The notes beneath the pieces were generated by a model. It ran no database searches. It was not told the origin of the DNA and saw only the letters and a program-made list of their open reading frames with translations. Shown one piece after another: positions 29,310 to 39,900 of a DNA stretch of 64,000 nt. Position numbers and translations under genes: made by a program. The DNA is from a virus. The stretch's first letter is position 1; every line of letters begins with the position of its first letter. The stretch covers positions 4,930 through 68,929 of the IMG/VR virus record IMGVR_UViG_3300032011_003089; one strand, 5' to 3'.

Positions 29310-30488
29310 ATGAATCCAAACACATCAAAGGTATCAACTAAGAAGGTCGCAGAGAGCGCAATGTCTCTGGAGCCTTCGGCTATCGTAACGCTTTTTGAAA
29401 TTGATGTCAGCGACTTAATCGCTAGAGGGGAAAGACATGTATACTCTGACATCGGTGAGCCAATTAGAAGCCAGCTCAGGTTCCACAATAACTTAAAACT
29501 AATACAAAACAGCATAATTTGGAATGGCAGCGATTATTTCCCAGCTCCGATTAAGGCCGACGGGTTTGAAACCTCAGCTAAGGGCTCTCCTCCAACGCCT
29601 AAGCTCACGCTAACCATCAACCCTAAGGGGTTAGATGAAGAAACCCAACATAGAATCAAGTACATTAAATACGCTATCAGAGATTTAGATAGCTTAGTAG
29701 GAGCTAAAGTAACCCGCACAAGGACCTTCGCAAAGTATATTGACGGTTTAAACTTCTACGATAATTATGGAGTAGTCACAGGCCCAGTAGAGGGTCAGCA
29801 AAAGCTCAAATCAAATATCCTTCAGCCCCCAGAAGGTTTCGACCCAGACCCAAATGCTTACTTCCCTCAAGACGTTTACTTTATAGATAGAAAGTCTGGA
29901 GAAAACAAAAACACAGTTGAATTTGAATTGGCTAGCCCGTTCGACTTACAAGGCTTAAAGTTGCCAGCAAGAGTCGTCACAGAACACAACTGCGTTTGGA
30001 CTTACAGAGGGGAAGGGTGTTGCTACGAATACAATACAGTAAAGCAAACAGGGGTTACAGATATACACTATAACGAAGATGGAAATTGCAAAGTCACAGC
30101 AGACGGAACCGCACCTCCCTTGGCTACGTTCAAAAATGAAAAGATAAGCAAAATTATAGGGACCTCTTTGAAACACACTTCATCGTCTGGGTATGTGCCG
30201 GGTGAGTTATGGGACCAAAGCAAAACCTATAGCGTGGGGCAATACGTTAGAGTCAACCTAAAGGGCGTAAATTACTATTATGTTTCCAGAGGTCAGGTCA
30301 ATGGCGTGAACAACCTAGGCAAGCCACCGCCCCATGAGACTTTTTGGGTTGCAGACGAATGCTCTAAAGAACTCAAGGGCTGCGCATTGCGATGGAGAGA
30401 AAATCCAGAGCTTACAGCCCAACAAGCAACTACTGAGCCCCTGCCCATAGGCGCGTTCCCAACTTCTAGAAGAGGGGGTACTTCGTGA
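29310..30488 (+). CDS. Minor tail protein L, lambda gpL-like
   Basis: VTLFEID, LRFHN, PIKADGFE, GAKVTRTRTFAKYID, FELASPFD, CVWTYRGEGC, DECSKELKGC..R, GAFP. Confidence 0.9.
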   Translation: MNPNTSKVSTKKVAESAMSLEPSAIVTLFEIDVSDLIARGERHVYSDIGEPIRSQLRFHNNLKLIQNSIIWNGSDYFPAPIKADGFETSAKGSPPTPKLTLTINPKGLDEETQHRIKYIKYAIRDLDSLVGAKVTRTRTFAKYIDGLNFYDNYGVVTGPVEGQQKLKSNILQPPEGFDPDPNAYFPQDVYFIDRKSGENKNTVEFELASPFDLQGLKLPARVVTEHNCVWTYRGEGCCYEYNTVKQTGVTDIHYNEDGNCKVTADGTAPPLATFKNEKISKIIGTSLKHTSSSGYVPGELWDQSKTYSVGQYVRVNLKGVNYYYVSRGQVNGVNNLGKPPPHETFWVADECSKELKGCALRWRENPELTAQQATTEPLPIGAFPTSRRGGTS

Positions 30489-31192
30489 CCCTATCTCAAG
30501 ACATAAAATCTTTTATTAAGCTTCACGCAAAAAACGAAGCCCCAGAAGAATGCTGCGGATTTATACTAAACGACTCCACGGCCCGTAAAGCTAATAACTC
30601 ATCCCAAAATAAAAGTCAAAGATTTAGCATCTCAGCCGAAGACTATTTGCAAGCCGCACGTTCAGGTAGGATAACCGCTATATATCACTCTCACCCTTCG
30701 ACTGACGCAACTTTTTCTGAATACGATAAATTTAATAGCATCAATCATAATCTTATATATGTGTTATACTCTTTAAAAGACAACTCTTTTAGCCAGTTTG
30801 ACCCGTCTCTTTCCTCGTTCAATGAATACGTCGGAAGAAACTTCGACATAGGAAAGACGGATTGTTTTGGCTTAATGAGAGACTTTTACAAAGCCGAGCT
30901 AAATATAAATTTGAATAATTATAAAAGAGACCGAGATTGGAAAACGTATCTAAGCGAGCTCTTTGATAAATACTTTAAGGTGGAGGGTTTCGAGGAGGTT
31001 TCGCAATTACAGAAATACGACTGCATACTTTTTAAAAGCAGAAAAAATGGCCCTTCGTCTCATATAGCCATATATTTAGGTCATGGTTTGATGCTTCACC
31101 AGCCGCAAAAGAGCTTCTCTAGAATAGAGGAATACTCAGAAAGACACAAAAAATTAACCAACAAAATCATAAGGCACAATGAACTTAACTAA
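30485..31192 (+). CDS. Tail assembly protein K (JAB/MPN + NlpC/P60)
   Basis: PEECCG, YHSHP...FSEYD; DCFGLMRDFY, HIAIYLG..MLHQ. Confidence 0.9.
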   Translation: MTLSQDIKSFIKLHAKNEAPEECCGFILNDSTARKANNSSQNKSQRFSISAEDYLQAARSGRITAIYHSHPSTDATFSEYDKFNSINHNLIYVLYSLKDNSFSQFDPSLSSFNEYVGRNFDIGKTDCFGLMRDFYKAELNINLNNYKRDRDWKTYLSELFDKYFKVEGFEEVSQLQKYDCILFKSRKNGPSSHIAIYLGHGLMLHQPQKSFSRIEEYSERHKKLTNKIIRHNELN

Positions 31193-31847
31193 AGTAACAT
31201 TTCATGGCAATCTAGCCGACAAGCTTGACCAAAGTCAATGGGAGCTTGAGGTGGAAAGCATTGCAGAAGCTATGCATGCCGTAGACATCATGTCTGACAG
31301 GAAATTATCTTTTGCTATAATTGAAAACGAAAAGCAAAATGTTAAATACAAAGTTTTAGTTGATGGTAAAAACTGTTTATCTAAACCCGTTAACTCCCCC
31401 GAAGAGGCGCTAACGTCAGAGCTTTGCATTAAAAACAAAATGGAAACTGTTGACATAGTTCCCGTTCTAGAAGGCGCGGGAGGCGGAGGAGACGGCGACA
31501 GCAAAGATATTATGATGGTGGTGGGTGGCGCACTTATGCTAGGCGCGGGATTTGCCATGAAGAGTCCAATGCTGACGCAGTTAGGCTTGTTTGCCGTACT
31601 AAGCGGAATGGCTAATCTACTTGCCGAACCCCCAGAGTTTGAAGACTTTAGAGAAATACAACAAGTAAACAAAAAAGAATCTTATTTATTCAATGGCCCA
31701 ATAAACACCTACAATCCGGGTGGCCCAGTACCTCTTGGTTATGGTAGAATGCTAGTGGGCTCTTTAGCAATAGGGTTCTCCCAATTTAGCGAAGACAAGA
31801 AAATTTATGTTCGACACTCGGACGGCACGGAGACTTGGTATCCTTAA
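31179..31847 (+). CDS. Tail assembly protein I (ubiquitin-like N-terminus)
   Basis: VTFHGNLA, IVPVLEGAGGG, SYLFNGPINT...GGPVPLGYG. Confidence 0.88.
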   Translation: MNLTKVTFHGNLADKLDQSQWELEVESIAEAMHAVDIMSDRKLSFAIIENEKQNVKYKVLVDGKNCLSKPVNSPEEALTSELCIKNKMETVDIVPVLEGAGGGGDGDSKDIMMVVGGALMLGAGFAMKSPMLTQLGLFAVLSGMANLLAEPPEFEDFREIQQVNKKESYLFNGPINTYNPGGPVPLGYGRMLVGSLAIGFSQFSEDKKIYVRHSDGTETWYP

Positions 31848-31859
31848 GGAATTTTAAAT

Positions 31860-34800
31860 ATGGCCGCAAAAAAGACAGAAGCAATCAAAGGTGTTTATTT
31901 AGGTGATGTTGAAAACGAGCGTTACATCTCTAAAACTAAGGCTGAAGTTGTAGATTTAATTTCCGAAGATGGAATCGAAGGCTTGGTTCATCAAGAGTAC
32001 GAGTTCTCAGGAACGGAAGGCTCTGTAGGCTACAGTAGTTATACAACAAAAGATTTAAACGCAGACCCAGAGAAAGGCAAGCTCTGCTCTATATACTGGA
32101 ATGAAGTTCCCGTGCTAGATAAAGACAACGGAAACTTTAACTACACAGATATAAATGTAACCACAAACCAAAGCACCTTTAACGCCTCCGGCTTCGTAAA
32201 CAAAAGAGTCAAATCAATTGGCGAGCCAATCAAGGGGTCGGAAGAAAACACAACTTCTCACTATAGGTATTATAAAGTATATAACAAATACTGCTCCAAA
32301 ATAGCCATAGCTTTAAAAGTCGGAGCTCTTGGAAAAGTAGATAGATACAAGGGCACACGCAAAGAGCCAAATGAAAACTATGGAGAGTTACTGGACTCTT
32401 CTGTTACAGTATCATTTTTTACTAGACCCCTTTATTCCTCTAAGTCTACCGATTTTACGTTAGGTGAGAGAGTAACGGTTCAAGGTAATTTTACAAGCCC
32501 ATACGTAAAAGACGTTGAGCTTTCCTTGGACCTAACCAAAGCAAGAAATCAAGCCGACGATGAGACACTGGGGTACGGGGACTTTCTGGGCTGGGAAGTT
32601 CAAGTAATTAGGGACACTGAAGAACCCAAGACGCCCGACGTTAAAAATGCCACCCTGTTAGATTCTATCACGGAGGAAATCGAGTACCCTTTAACCGCCC
32701 CAAATAGCTATATAATCAAAAGCGATTTTTCAGCAGAGTTCTTTAGCCAAGTACCAGACAGGGCGTACGACGCAAGACTACTTAAAGTAAGAATTCCAAG
32801 CAACTACGACCCCATAAAGAAGAGTTATGACGGGCCTTGGAACGGGACATGGAAGACGACTAAAGAGTGGACAGATAACCCCGCTTGGTGTTTTCATGAC
32901 CTAATAACGAATAAAAGGTATGGTTTAGGTAAATATATAACTGAAGCTTCATTTGATAAATGGACGCTTTATAAAATAGCTCAATATTGTGATACGTTGG
33001 TGTCAGATGGAGCTGGGGGCCTAGAGCCCAGATTTACCTGCAACATTTTAATACAGAGCCGCGAAGATGCGTTTCAAGTTCTGAATGATATGGCCAGTGT
33101 TTTCAGAGCCATAGTTTACTATAGCTCGGGAACAGTATATGCAGTTCAAGACGCGCTAAAAGACTCTGTATTTCAATTTACAAACGCAAACGTAGAAAAT
33201 GGCGACTTTAACTACACAACCACAAGCGCCAAGGTTAGACATACTGTAGCGATAGTTAGATACAACGACAAAGAAAATTTTTACAAGCCCGCAGTAGAGT
33301 ATGTAGACGACGTAGAAGGAATCAGAAGGCACGGAATTAAAGAGAAAGAAATCTCAGCGTTCGGCTGCACCAGTAGAGGTCAAGCAATCAGACTCGGCAG
33401 GTGGATATTAGCCACAGAAAGATTAGAGACAGAAACCGTGACCTTCACTGCTGGAACAGAGGGAGCGCTGGTCAGACCGGGAGACGTATTCACAGTTTCA
33501 GATTCTAATAGATTATTGAAAAGGCGCGGCGGCAGAGTTGAGCAGTTCACGCGCGTCAACAACAGTCAATTTACCATTCTTTTAGACAGCAAGCTAGAAG
33601 CTCTTGCCACCGGAAGAGATTATCAGCTCACTATATCTGCTCCATCTTTCTTTTTTGACCCATCTCAAACGAATATAGACAACACCTCTCAAGAGCAATA
33701 CGTAAGAAATCATCACGTTCAAAAGTTTACCATAACTAATGCCTCTATAGATTATGATAGCGGAACTACAGGCAAGTCTTTAGTTACCGTAAATTGCACA
33801 AACTGTGTTAACACGGATGGAACAGAACTTAATTTAGGCTCAGTAATAGACAAAATGTCTTGGAGTATTTTGGGTAGCGGAGTTGACGACGACGCCTCTA
33901 TTACTCAAGAAAAAGTAAACCAAGACATCAGATACAGGGCAATCAACATATCTGAAAAAGAGCTTAACAAATTTGAAATAGCAGCCGTAGAATATAGAGA
34001 AGAAAAGTATCAAGAAATCGACAGCGCCCTGACCTACGAAAATCAAATTACATTCGACATTCCCTTGGGGCCGAGCAGACTTGAGATAACCAATCCCCAA
34101 GAACGGATTACAGAACACACTAGGGCAATCAATTACCTCGTGCACGCGAACACCAACACCGATGGTTTATCTTACTACGCGGTATTCGTCAAAAAAGGAA
34201 GCGACTTCACAGGAAGCGCTGTCCCAAGCGAAGAGTTCTTGGTAGACAAGATTTATTCTAGGTCTCTTTTGCTTGGTAAATACGTACCAGCTTCAGAGGA
34301 TGATTATTACTTTAGAGTATATTCAGTAAACTCCTTAAATCAATATTCCACAACGGGCGGTGAGTCCAATGGTTTCGCTGCTGTGAACGCAAACCCAGGT
34401 TCAGTAGACCCAATTAAAGACGTTACAATCACTTCTCTCAGGCTTTCGGATGATACGGGAGCCAACGCTTCTGGAACAAGTGACCCAGTAGCGGGGCAAA
34501 ATATCAGTGGCAGCTCAGAAAGGGTAGACTTTTTCAACGGTTCAGATTTGCAGATAGTTTGGAAAACTTCTATACCTAGCCTTCAAGGCATTAATATTTC
34601 ATTTGACTTTGATTTTAGAATTAGAATTTACAAAGGTTATCCACAAGGAGGCACGCTACTTAAAACAGTTCAAGCGTATAGACCCATAGACTGGGATTTA
34701 TCTTTCACAACCTTTGAGCTTCCGCTAGAAGATATAGTGGATATGACCAAGGTCGAAAATAATGGCAGCATAGACTTATACGATGCATACAGAGACTTAA

Positions 34801-36197
34801 CTTTTGAGGTGGACGCGGTCAGCTCCACAACGGATTCTAATGGAAATATTACATACTCCTATTCTTCCACTGGAAACACCAATGGATACGATAGACTGTA
34901 TGTTTCTAATCCGCCGCCCAGTAGAGCTTCGGGAATTCAAGGGTTCATCGATATTAATGGCAACATTAAAGTTTTCAATGTTAGTAGGCCAACAGATGCC
35001 CAAGCGGTATATATTATAGCCGCCAAGAAGGACTTTGGTTGGAGCGACTTTATAACGAAAAGAAACGATGCGTCCTACGCGTTCCATCCCATTAAGATTT
35101 CTCCTATTACCAGCGATGACCCAGTGTTCGAAATGGACCCCGCGTTCAAAACGGACGACATGGAAGAGGCTTATGTAGCGATAGCTTACTGTGATGATTT
35201 TGATGCAGACGTTTTAACGTACGCTACGGATAACGCGATAACCTCTTACGTTGAGGCTAACAAACTGGAAGCAAGAATGTCCGACCCCAAGAAGTTTTCT
35301 AAAGTAACCCCAGAGGTTATGGACCTAATCGGAGAGGGTTGGAAAGCGTGGATTAAAATTGACCTAGAAGGAAACTGGTATGGAAGAAACGTTGATTGCG
35401 TAGAAGACAGAACGCATGAGGCTGAAAACCAAACCTTCAAAGGGTACTTACCTTTCTACTGTGGAAGAAGGGTCCCATTAATACAATATGAATCTATAAA
35501 CAGTGCAGTTAATCCATTGATTTATTTAAATAGAAATGTAGGCACCGCTCTTTACCAAGACTTTTTTAGCGCAAGCTGTTTGTATTATTTACCAACGCCC
35601 CTAGCTCATAGCGGGGCTGGATATGATTACCCAAATACATACACGAACGAAACCAAATTAATAGGAGGTTACTTTGAGGATTCTCCCAGCAATCCAGAAT
35701 TTTATGAAAACTCCACACCAAACCACCCATACAACGGAGAAAGGTTTGCGAAGAGCTTTAAAAGATTCAGGATACATTTTAAAGACGGTAAAGGATTTCA
35801 AATAGAAAATGCCGCTGGAGGTTATTGGGTAGTGGGAATGAACGTGAATCATAAGCCTTATTTTGACCAAGAGATACTAGATGGAATAGGAAGGTTGCCG
35901 AATTTTGATTCGACTACGTTCGCTTATGAATCTCAAGTTGACGCAGGAGCACTGCAAGCCTTGGAGGCGGTTACGCCAAACGGAGAGGACGCTTACATTG
36001 GGGGAAGTGATGCTTTCTATAATTATCACCCCGCTGGCTTCGTGCAGGGGTGGGGAGGGTTAGCAAAGACTAATGATTATTTTGACATACATATAGGACA
36101 CATGATAGATGGCTCATACTTAAAAGAAGCTATATTTTTTGTGATGGCGTCCACTCAAGACCGCAAAGACTTAACACATAACTCGCCCTGCACATGA
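31860..36197 (+). CDS. Tip attachment / central tail fibre protein J
   Basis: DLISEDGIEGL, VRIPSNYDP, WTDNPAWCFHDL, EPRFTCN, FGCTSRGQAIRLGRW, RPGD; C-terminal region after about aa 850 unrecognised. Confidence 0.92.
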   Translation: MAAKKTEAIKGVYLGDVENERYISKTKAEVVDLISEDGIEGLVHQEYEFSGTEGSVGYSSYTTKDLNADPEKGKLCSIYWNEVPVLDKDNGNFNYTDINVTTNQSTFNASGFVNKRVKSIGEPIKGSEENTTSHYRYYKVYNKYCSKIAIALKVGALGKVDRYKGTRKEPNENYGELLDSSVTVSFFTRPLYSSKSTDFTLGERVTVQGNFTSPYVKDVELSLDLTKARNQADDETLGYGDFLGWEVQVIRDTEEPKTPDVKNATLLDSITEEIEYPLTAPNSYIIKSDFSAEFFSQVPDRAYDARLLKVRIPSNYDPIKKSYDGPWNGTWKTTKEWTDNPAWCFHDLITNKRYGLGKYITEASFDKWTLYKIAQYCDTLVSDGAGGLEPRFTCNILIQSREDAFQVLNDMASVFRAIVYYSSGTVYAVQDALKDSVFQFTNANVENGDFNYTTTSAKVRHTVAIVRYNDKENFYKPAVEYVDDVEGIRRHGIKEKEISAFGCTSRGQAIRLGRWILATERLETETVTFTAGTEGALVRPGDVFTVSDSNRLLKRRGGRVEQFTRVNNSQFTILLDSKLEALATGRDYQLTISAPSFFFDPSQTNIDNTSQEQYVRNHHVQKFTITNASIDYDSGTTGKSLVTVNCTNCVNTDGTELNLGSVIDKMSWSILGSGVDDDASITQEKVNQDIRYRAINISEKELNKFEIAAVEYREEKYQEIDSALTYENQITFDIPLGPSRLEITNPQERITEHTRAINYLVHANTNTDGLSYYAVFVKKGSDFTGSAVPSEEFLVDKIYSRSLLLGKYVPASEDDYYFRVYSVNSLNQYSTTGGESNGFAAVNANPGSVDPIKDVTITSLRLSDDTGANASGTSDPVAGQNISGSSERVDFFNGSDLQIVWKTSIPSLQGINISFDFDFRIRIYKGYPQGGTLLKTVQAYRPIDWDLSFTTFELPLEDIVDMTKVENNGSIDLYDAYRDLTFEVDAVSSTTDSNGNITYSYSSTGNTNGYDRLYVSNPPPSRASGIQGFIDINGNIKVFNVSRPTDAQAVYIIAAKKDFGWSDFITKRNDASYAFHPIKISPITSDDPVFEMDPAFKTDDMEEAYVAIAYCDDFDADVLTYATDNAITSYVEANKLEARMSDPKKFSKVTPEVMDLIGEGWKAWIKIDLEGNWYGRNVDCVEDRTHEAENQTFKGYLPFYCGRRVPLIQYESINSAVNPLIYLNRNVGTALYQDFFSASCLYYLPTPLAHSGAGYDYPNTYTNETKLIGGYFEDSPSNPEFYENSTPNHPYNGERFAKSFKRFRIHFKDGKGFQIENAAGGYWVVGMNVNHKPYFDQEILDGIGRLPNFDSTTFAYESQVDAGALQALEAVTPNGEDAYIGGSDAFYNYHPAGFVQGWGGLAKTNDYFDIHIGHMIDGSYLKEAIFFVMASTQDRKDLTHNSPCT

Positions 36198-36943
36198 ACA
36201 ATAACTTAATCATATTTTACAAAGACCAATCTAAAGATGTTTTTTCATTCGCTTTAGATACCGACGAGCAATCAGCCTTATCTAAATTCGAGAAGATGAG
36301 GCCCAACGTCAATAAAGAAGATATAGTTAAATACTTTTACATCACCGAAGATAAAACGCCAGCGGACACATACGGTAAATACTGTGAGCTCACGGAAAAT
36401 AAAAAGATGAAATTAAATTTCCGTAATTTACTCATCGATAAAAGGGTTGAAGAGATACGCAAAAAGAGAGACTCTATCTTGACAGGACTAGATGTTCCAT
36501 TCATGAAGTCTCTAGAGGAAGATAACGACCAAGTTAAAAAGCACATCGTTAAAATGAAAAACTTCTTGAGAGATTTACCAGATAATTTTAAATTCCATTT
36601 AATGGAAACTGAAGAGGATATAATTAAGTATAATCCCTTTGGTAATATTTTTGAAGTCATTGTGATAGATGGCGGCAAAGGATACACCAAGCCGCCAAAG
36701 GTAACCATTGACTCGCCAAGCAACGGCTTTCAAGCTGAAGCCATGGCCTTCATAAAAGACGGTAAAGTGTCAAGGATAGAGGTTACTGAGACTGGATGCG
36801 GTTACAACTTCGTTCCTAGCGTAACCATAAAAGATAAAAAAACAAAAAATAAATGTATAGCTATGTGCGGCGTACCGCAAAACTGCTTCTTAACCGAGGA
36901 GCAGCTTTTGAATAACACCAAGTCTCATTACTTGGTGTCGTAG
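36194..36943 (+). CDS. Tail-associated protein (fibre-chaperone-like segment + GGxGY..P.VTI repeats)
   Basis: IRKKRDSIL..LD...FLRDLP; VIDGGKGYTKPPKVTI and ETGCGYNFVPSVTI. Confidence 0.55.
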   Translation: MNNNLIIFYKDQSKDVFSFALDTDEQSALSKFEKMRPNVNKEDIVKYFYITEDKTPADTYGKYCELTENKKMKLNFRNLLIDKRVEEIRKKRDSILTGLDVPFMKSLEEDNDQVKKHIVKMKNFLRDLPDNFKFHLMETEEDIIKYNPFGNIFEVIVIDGGKGYTKPPKVTIDSPSNGFQAEAMAFIKDGKVSRIEVTETGCGYNFVPSVTIKDKKTKNKCIAMCGVPQNCFLTEEQLLNNTKSHYLVS

Positions 36944-39900
36944 AGCATTCCTCCCGGACGTTTCTGCTGGATAATTACATCCATTACTGAGGTCTTAATT
37001 CTTGCCGCCAACTCCTTGCTCTCCTGCTCTGTGAGGTCTCCAGCGCCCGAGGCGTCTGTGGTGTCAGCTGTGACATTTCCGTTGGAGTCAACGTTGACCG
37101 CTATATTAATGTTATTTGTGGTGGTGGTAGAACCCCCGATTCCAGAGCCGTCATTTGAGCTTGCCCCTTTGCTTCCTGGCATAGCCGTAATCGTGTGAGG
37201 TTTGCGTACAAGGCCTCCTGCGGCAAATTTGGCAAGTTTACCCGTATTGAGCCTATCGAAGAACTCTGTGCCATATTCATCAACTGTATCCTTGTTGAGA
37301 ACGTATTCTCCGCCCATCAACAGGGCTGGCACATTATCACTGTTCATGCCGCCCATAGCGAATTTTCTCGGAGCGTTGATTAAGCCTCCTTTAGCTTTTT
37401 GGGTTGGTGAAATAAATGCGCCCTTGCCACCCGTGAGAGCTCCTGACACGAGCATCGAAGCCGCCCCAAACAGGAAGCCGTATCTACGCCCTTGTTTCTC
37501 GCGTTGATGCTTCTCCATCGCTTCGTCTTGAGTTTTAAGGAACTCTAACTTCTCCTTCTGGTAATTGAAGAAGGTGTCCATTTTCTCAAATTTGTATTTG
37601 TTTTGAGGATTGTTCTCGTTGGTCATGGCGTAGGCTGACAATTTGGAGTCCTGTATCAACTTGCCCATCTCAGGACGCTGAAGGTTATCCATTACATATT
37701 TGTTTTTGAGATGCACCTTGTAAGAACCCTCACCAATTTCAACGGAGGATTCGTCGAACAAATCTCTATCTAAATTCTTGCCGACTTCTGGATATTTTTC
37801 AGCTATGGTTTTGATTGCTTCAATTCTTTGCGGGGTTAATGAGTTGTTAAGGTTTACTCTGTAGCCTCTGTGCGTTTCGAGCTCCTTCTCGCCGGTCTTT
37901 CTACCCAACCAATCTTCCTTATCTTTTTCGCCAAATTGTTTGTAGTTAAACGATTGTATACCCGCTGTTCTTAAGTCTCTAGCTTTAGTAAGCTCTTGCC
38001 TTCTGATGTTTGCGAGTCTAGCGATAGCGCCACCCTTCTCGGCTGTGACCACGTTAGAGCTATTGAGGGCGTCGAAGAACTGTTGTCCGTAAGCGTTTAC
38101 GGCGGACTTTCTGATAACGTACTCGCCCTTGGTTAAGTAAGCTGGTACGTCGTCTTTCGTTCCAGAGCCTCCGTTAACTACGCCTCCCGATGCGTAACCC
38201 TTAACTTCGCCGCCCTTTTTCATTTTGCCGCCGCGTCCAAGAACCGCATCAAAAATCGAATTGACACCCATTTGAAGTGCGTTGTCCAGCATCTTATCAG
38301 CCATGTTTTTGAACATATCACCAAAAGCTTCCTTGAGAGTCTTGGTTCCCTTGATGGCTTCTCCGAATGCGGAGGCTGTACCCGTGCGGAAGTCCTGAGC
38401 GAATTCCGCGCCCATTCTATTGATGTCTTTGAAGTAGTCTTGCTGGCTGTAGCTAAAGCCCGCGCGAACTGTTTCTGCGAGGTTTTTAAATCCGTATTCG
38501 CCAGCTTCAATCGCCGCTTCATTTGCTTTTTCTAGGGCCTGTCTGTACTGGGCCGTGGGGATTACGCCAGCTTCGTAAAGTTTGATTGTGTTTTGAAGCT
38601 CATTGCTATAGCCTTTAGAAGCAAGTTCCAAGGTTTTCGTCCTTGCTGAAATGTGCGTTTCAAGTTCTGCGTCAGTTCTTATTCCTGGGGATTCAATAAA
38701 TTGACTCGTTTGCTTTTGCGCTGCGGACGCAAAGGCGCTTGCTTTATATTCGTTGGCAGAAAATTGATTAACGTTCTCAAGTTTTGTGGTCGAATCTGCA
38801 ACTTCAGCTTTATTATATTCTATTATTCTTTGCCTTGTCGTTTTGCCATCCTTATCAGCGTCATCGAGTTTCCTTGTACCATCAAGTATACCCGCGACCA
38901 GCCCATTATACTGGGCCGTAACTTTTTCGAATTTGACGCCGCCTTCTTCAAACATCCTAGTCATGTTGTCAAAATTCTGTCCCACCAATTCAAAGTTTAC
39001 CTGTCGGGTGAGTTTTCTAACTTCCCCTTCCTTTTCTGTTCCCCATTTCTCTATAATATCTTGCAAATGCCCTCTTAGTTGTTCAGATATTTCTGTATCT
39101 GCGATTATCTTTTGCATATCGTTGCCGTGTTTTATCATGGCGTCATCAAAATCTTTTTGTAAACCACCGTAGTCTCCCTTTGAGGTGAGGCTTTTTATCT
39201 CGCTCGTCCCGTAGTCTGCCATCTTAGCGCTAATGTCATCCTCAAAATCATCAATAGTTTGGCGAGCTTTATTCTTAGCGCTTGTCCTTAGCACAAATGA
39301 TTGAGCTATTTGCTCCGCGACTTGAGAAGCCTTTGCAACCACGTCTTCTGAGAAGCCCATGCCTACAGAGGCTTTGGCTAAATCAGTTTGAGCGGTGGCT
39401 CGTGCATTTTTAGCTACCAAGGTTTGGTAGTCAGCAAATAATCTTAATTGAGCCTCTAGCTGCGTGCTTTCATCAGCGATTCCTGCATATATGGAAGTCA
39501 TGCCTTTAGCTGAGTCCTTAAGCTTATTTAAAAATTTTTCATTCTCCTCCGCCTTCGCCATGTATTCTGTTTGTATCTTAGCGGCCGCTCTTACTCCTGC
39601 TATTTCTTTATCTTTTTCCTTTGCTTTATTGAGTAAAAGCTTGTACTCTTCTTCAGCTTTTTTTCTTTGCGCTTCGTAGTGTTTCGCCTTCTTCTCTGCG
39701 TCAAAATTAGCCCCCTTTCCGAACTCTCCCCGCTTCTCGGCTTCTTCCGTTTTTCTATGAGCTATATCCTTGACTCCGGATTCCAATTCGTCTTTGGTTA
39801 CATTCCAATCAAAATCCGTATCGAAACGTAACAAGGTCTGCATAAGAGCTTGCTTTTTCTCTATAATCAGTGCTATATCCTTTTCTGCTTCGGCTGATAC

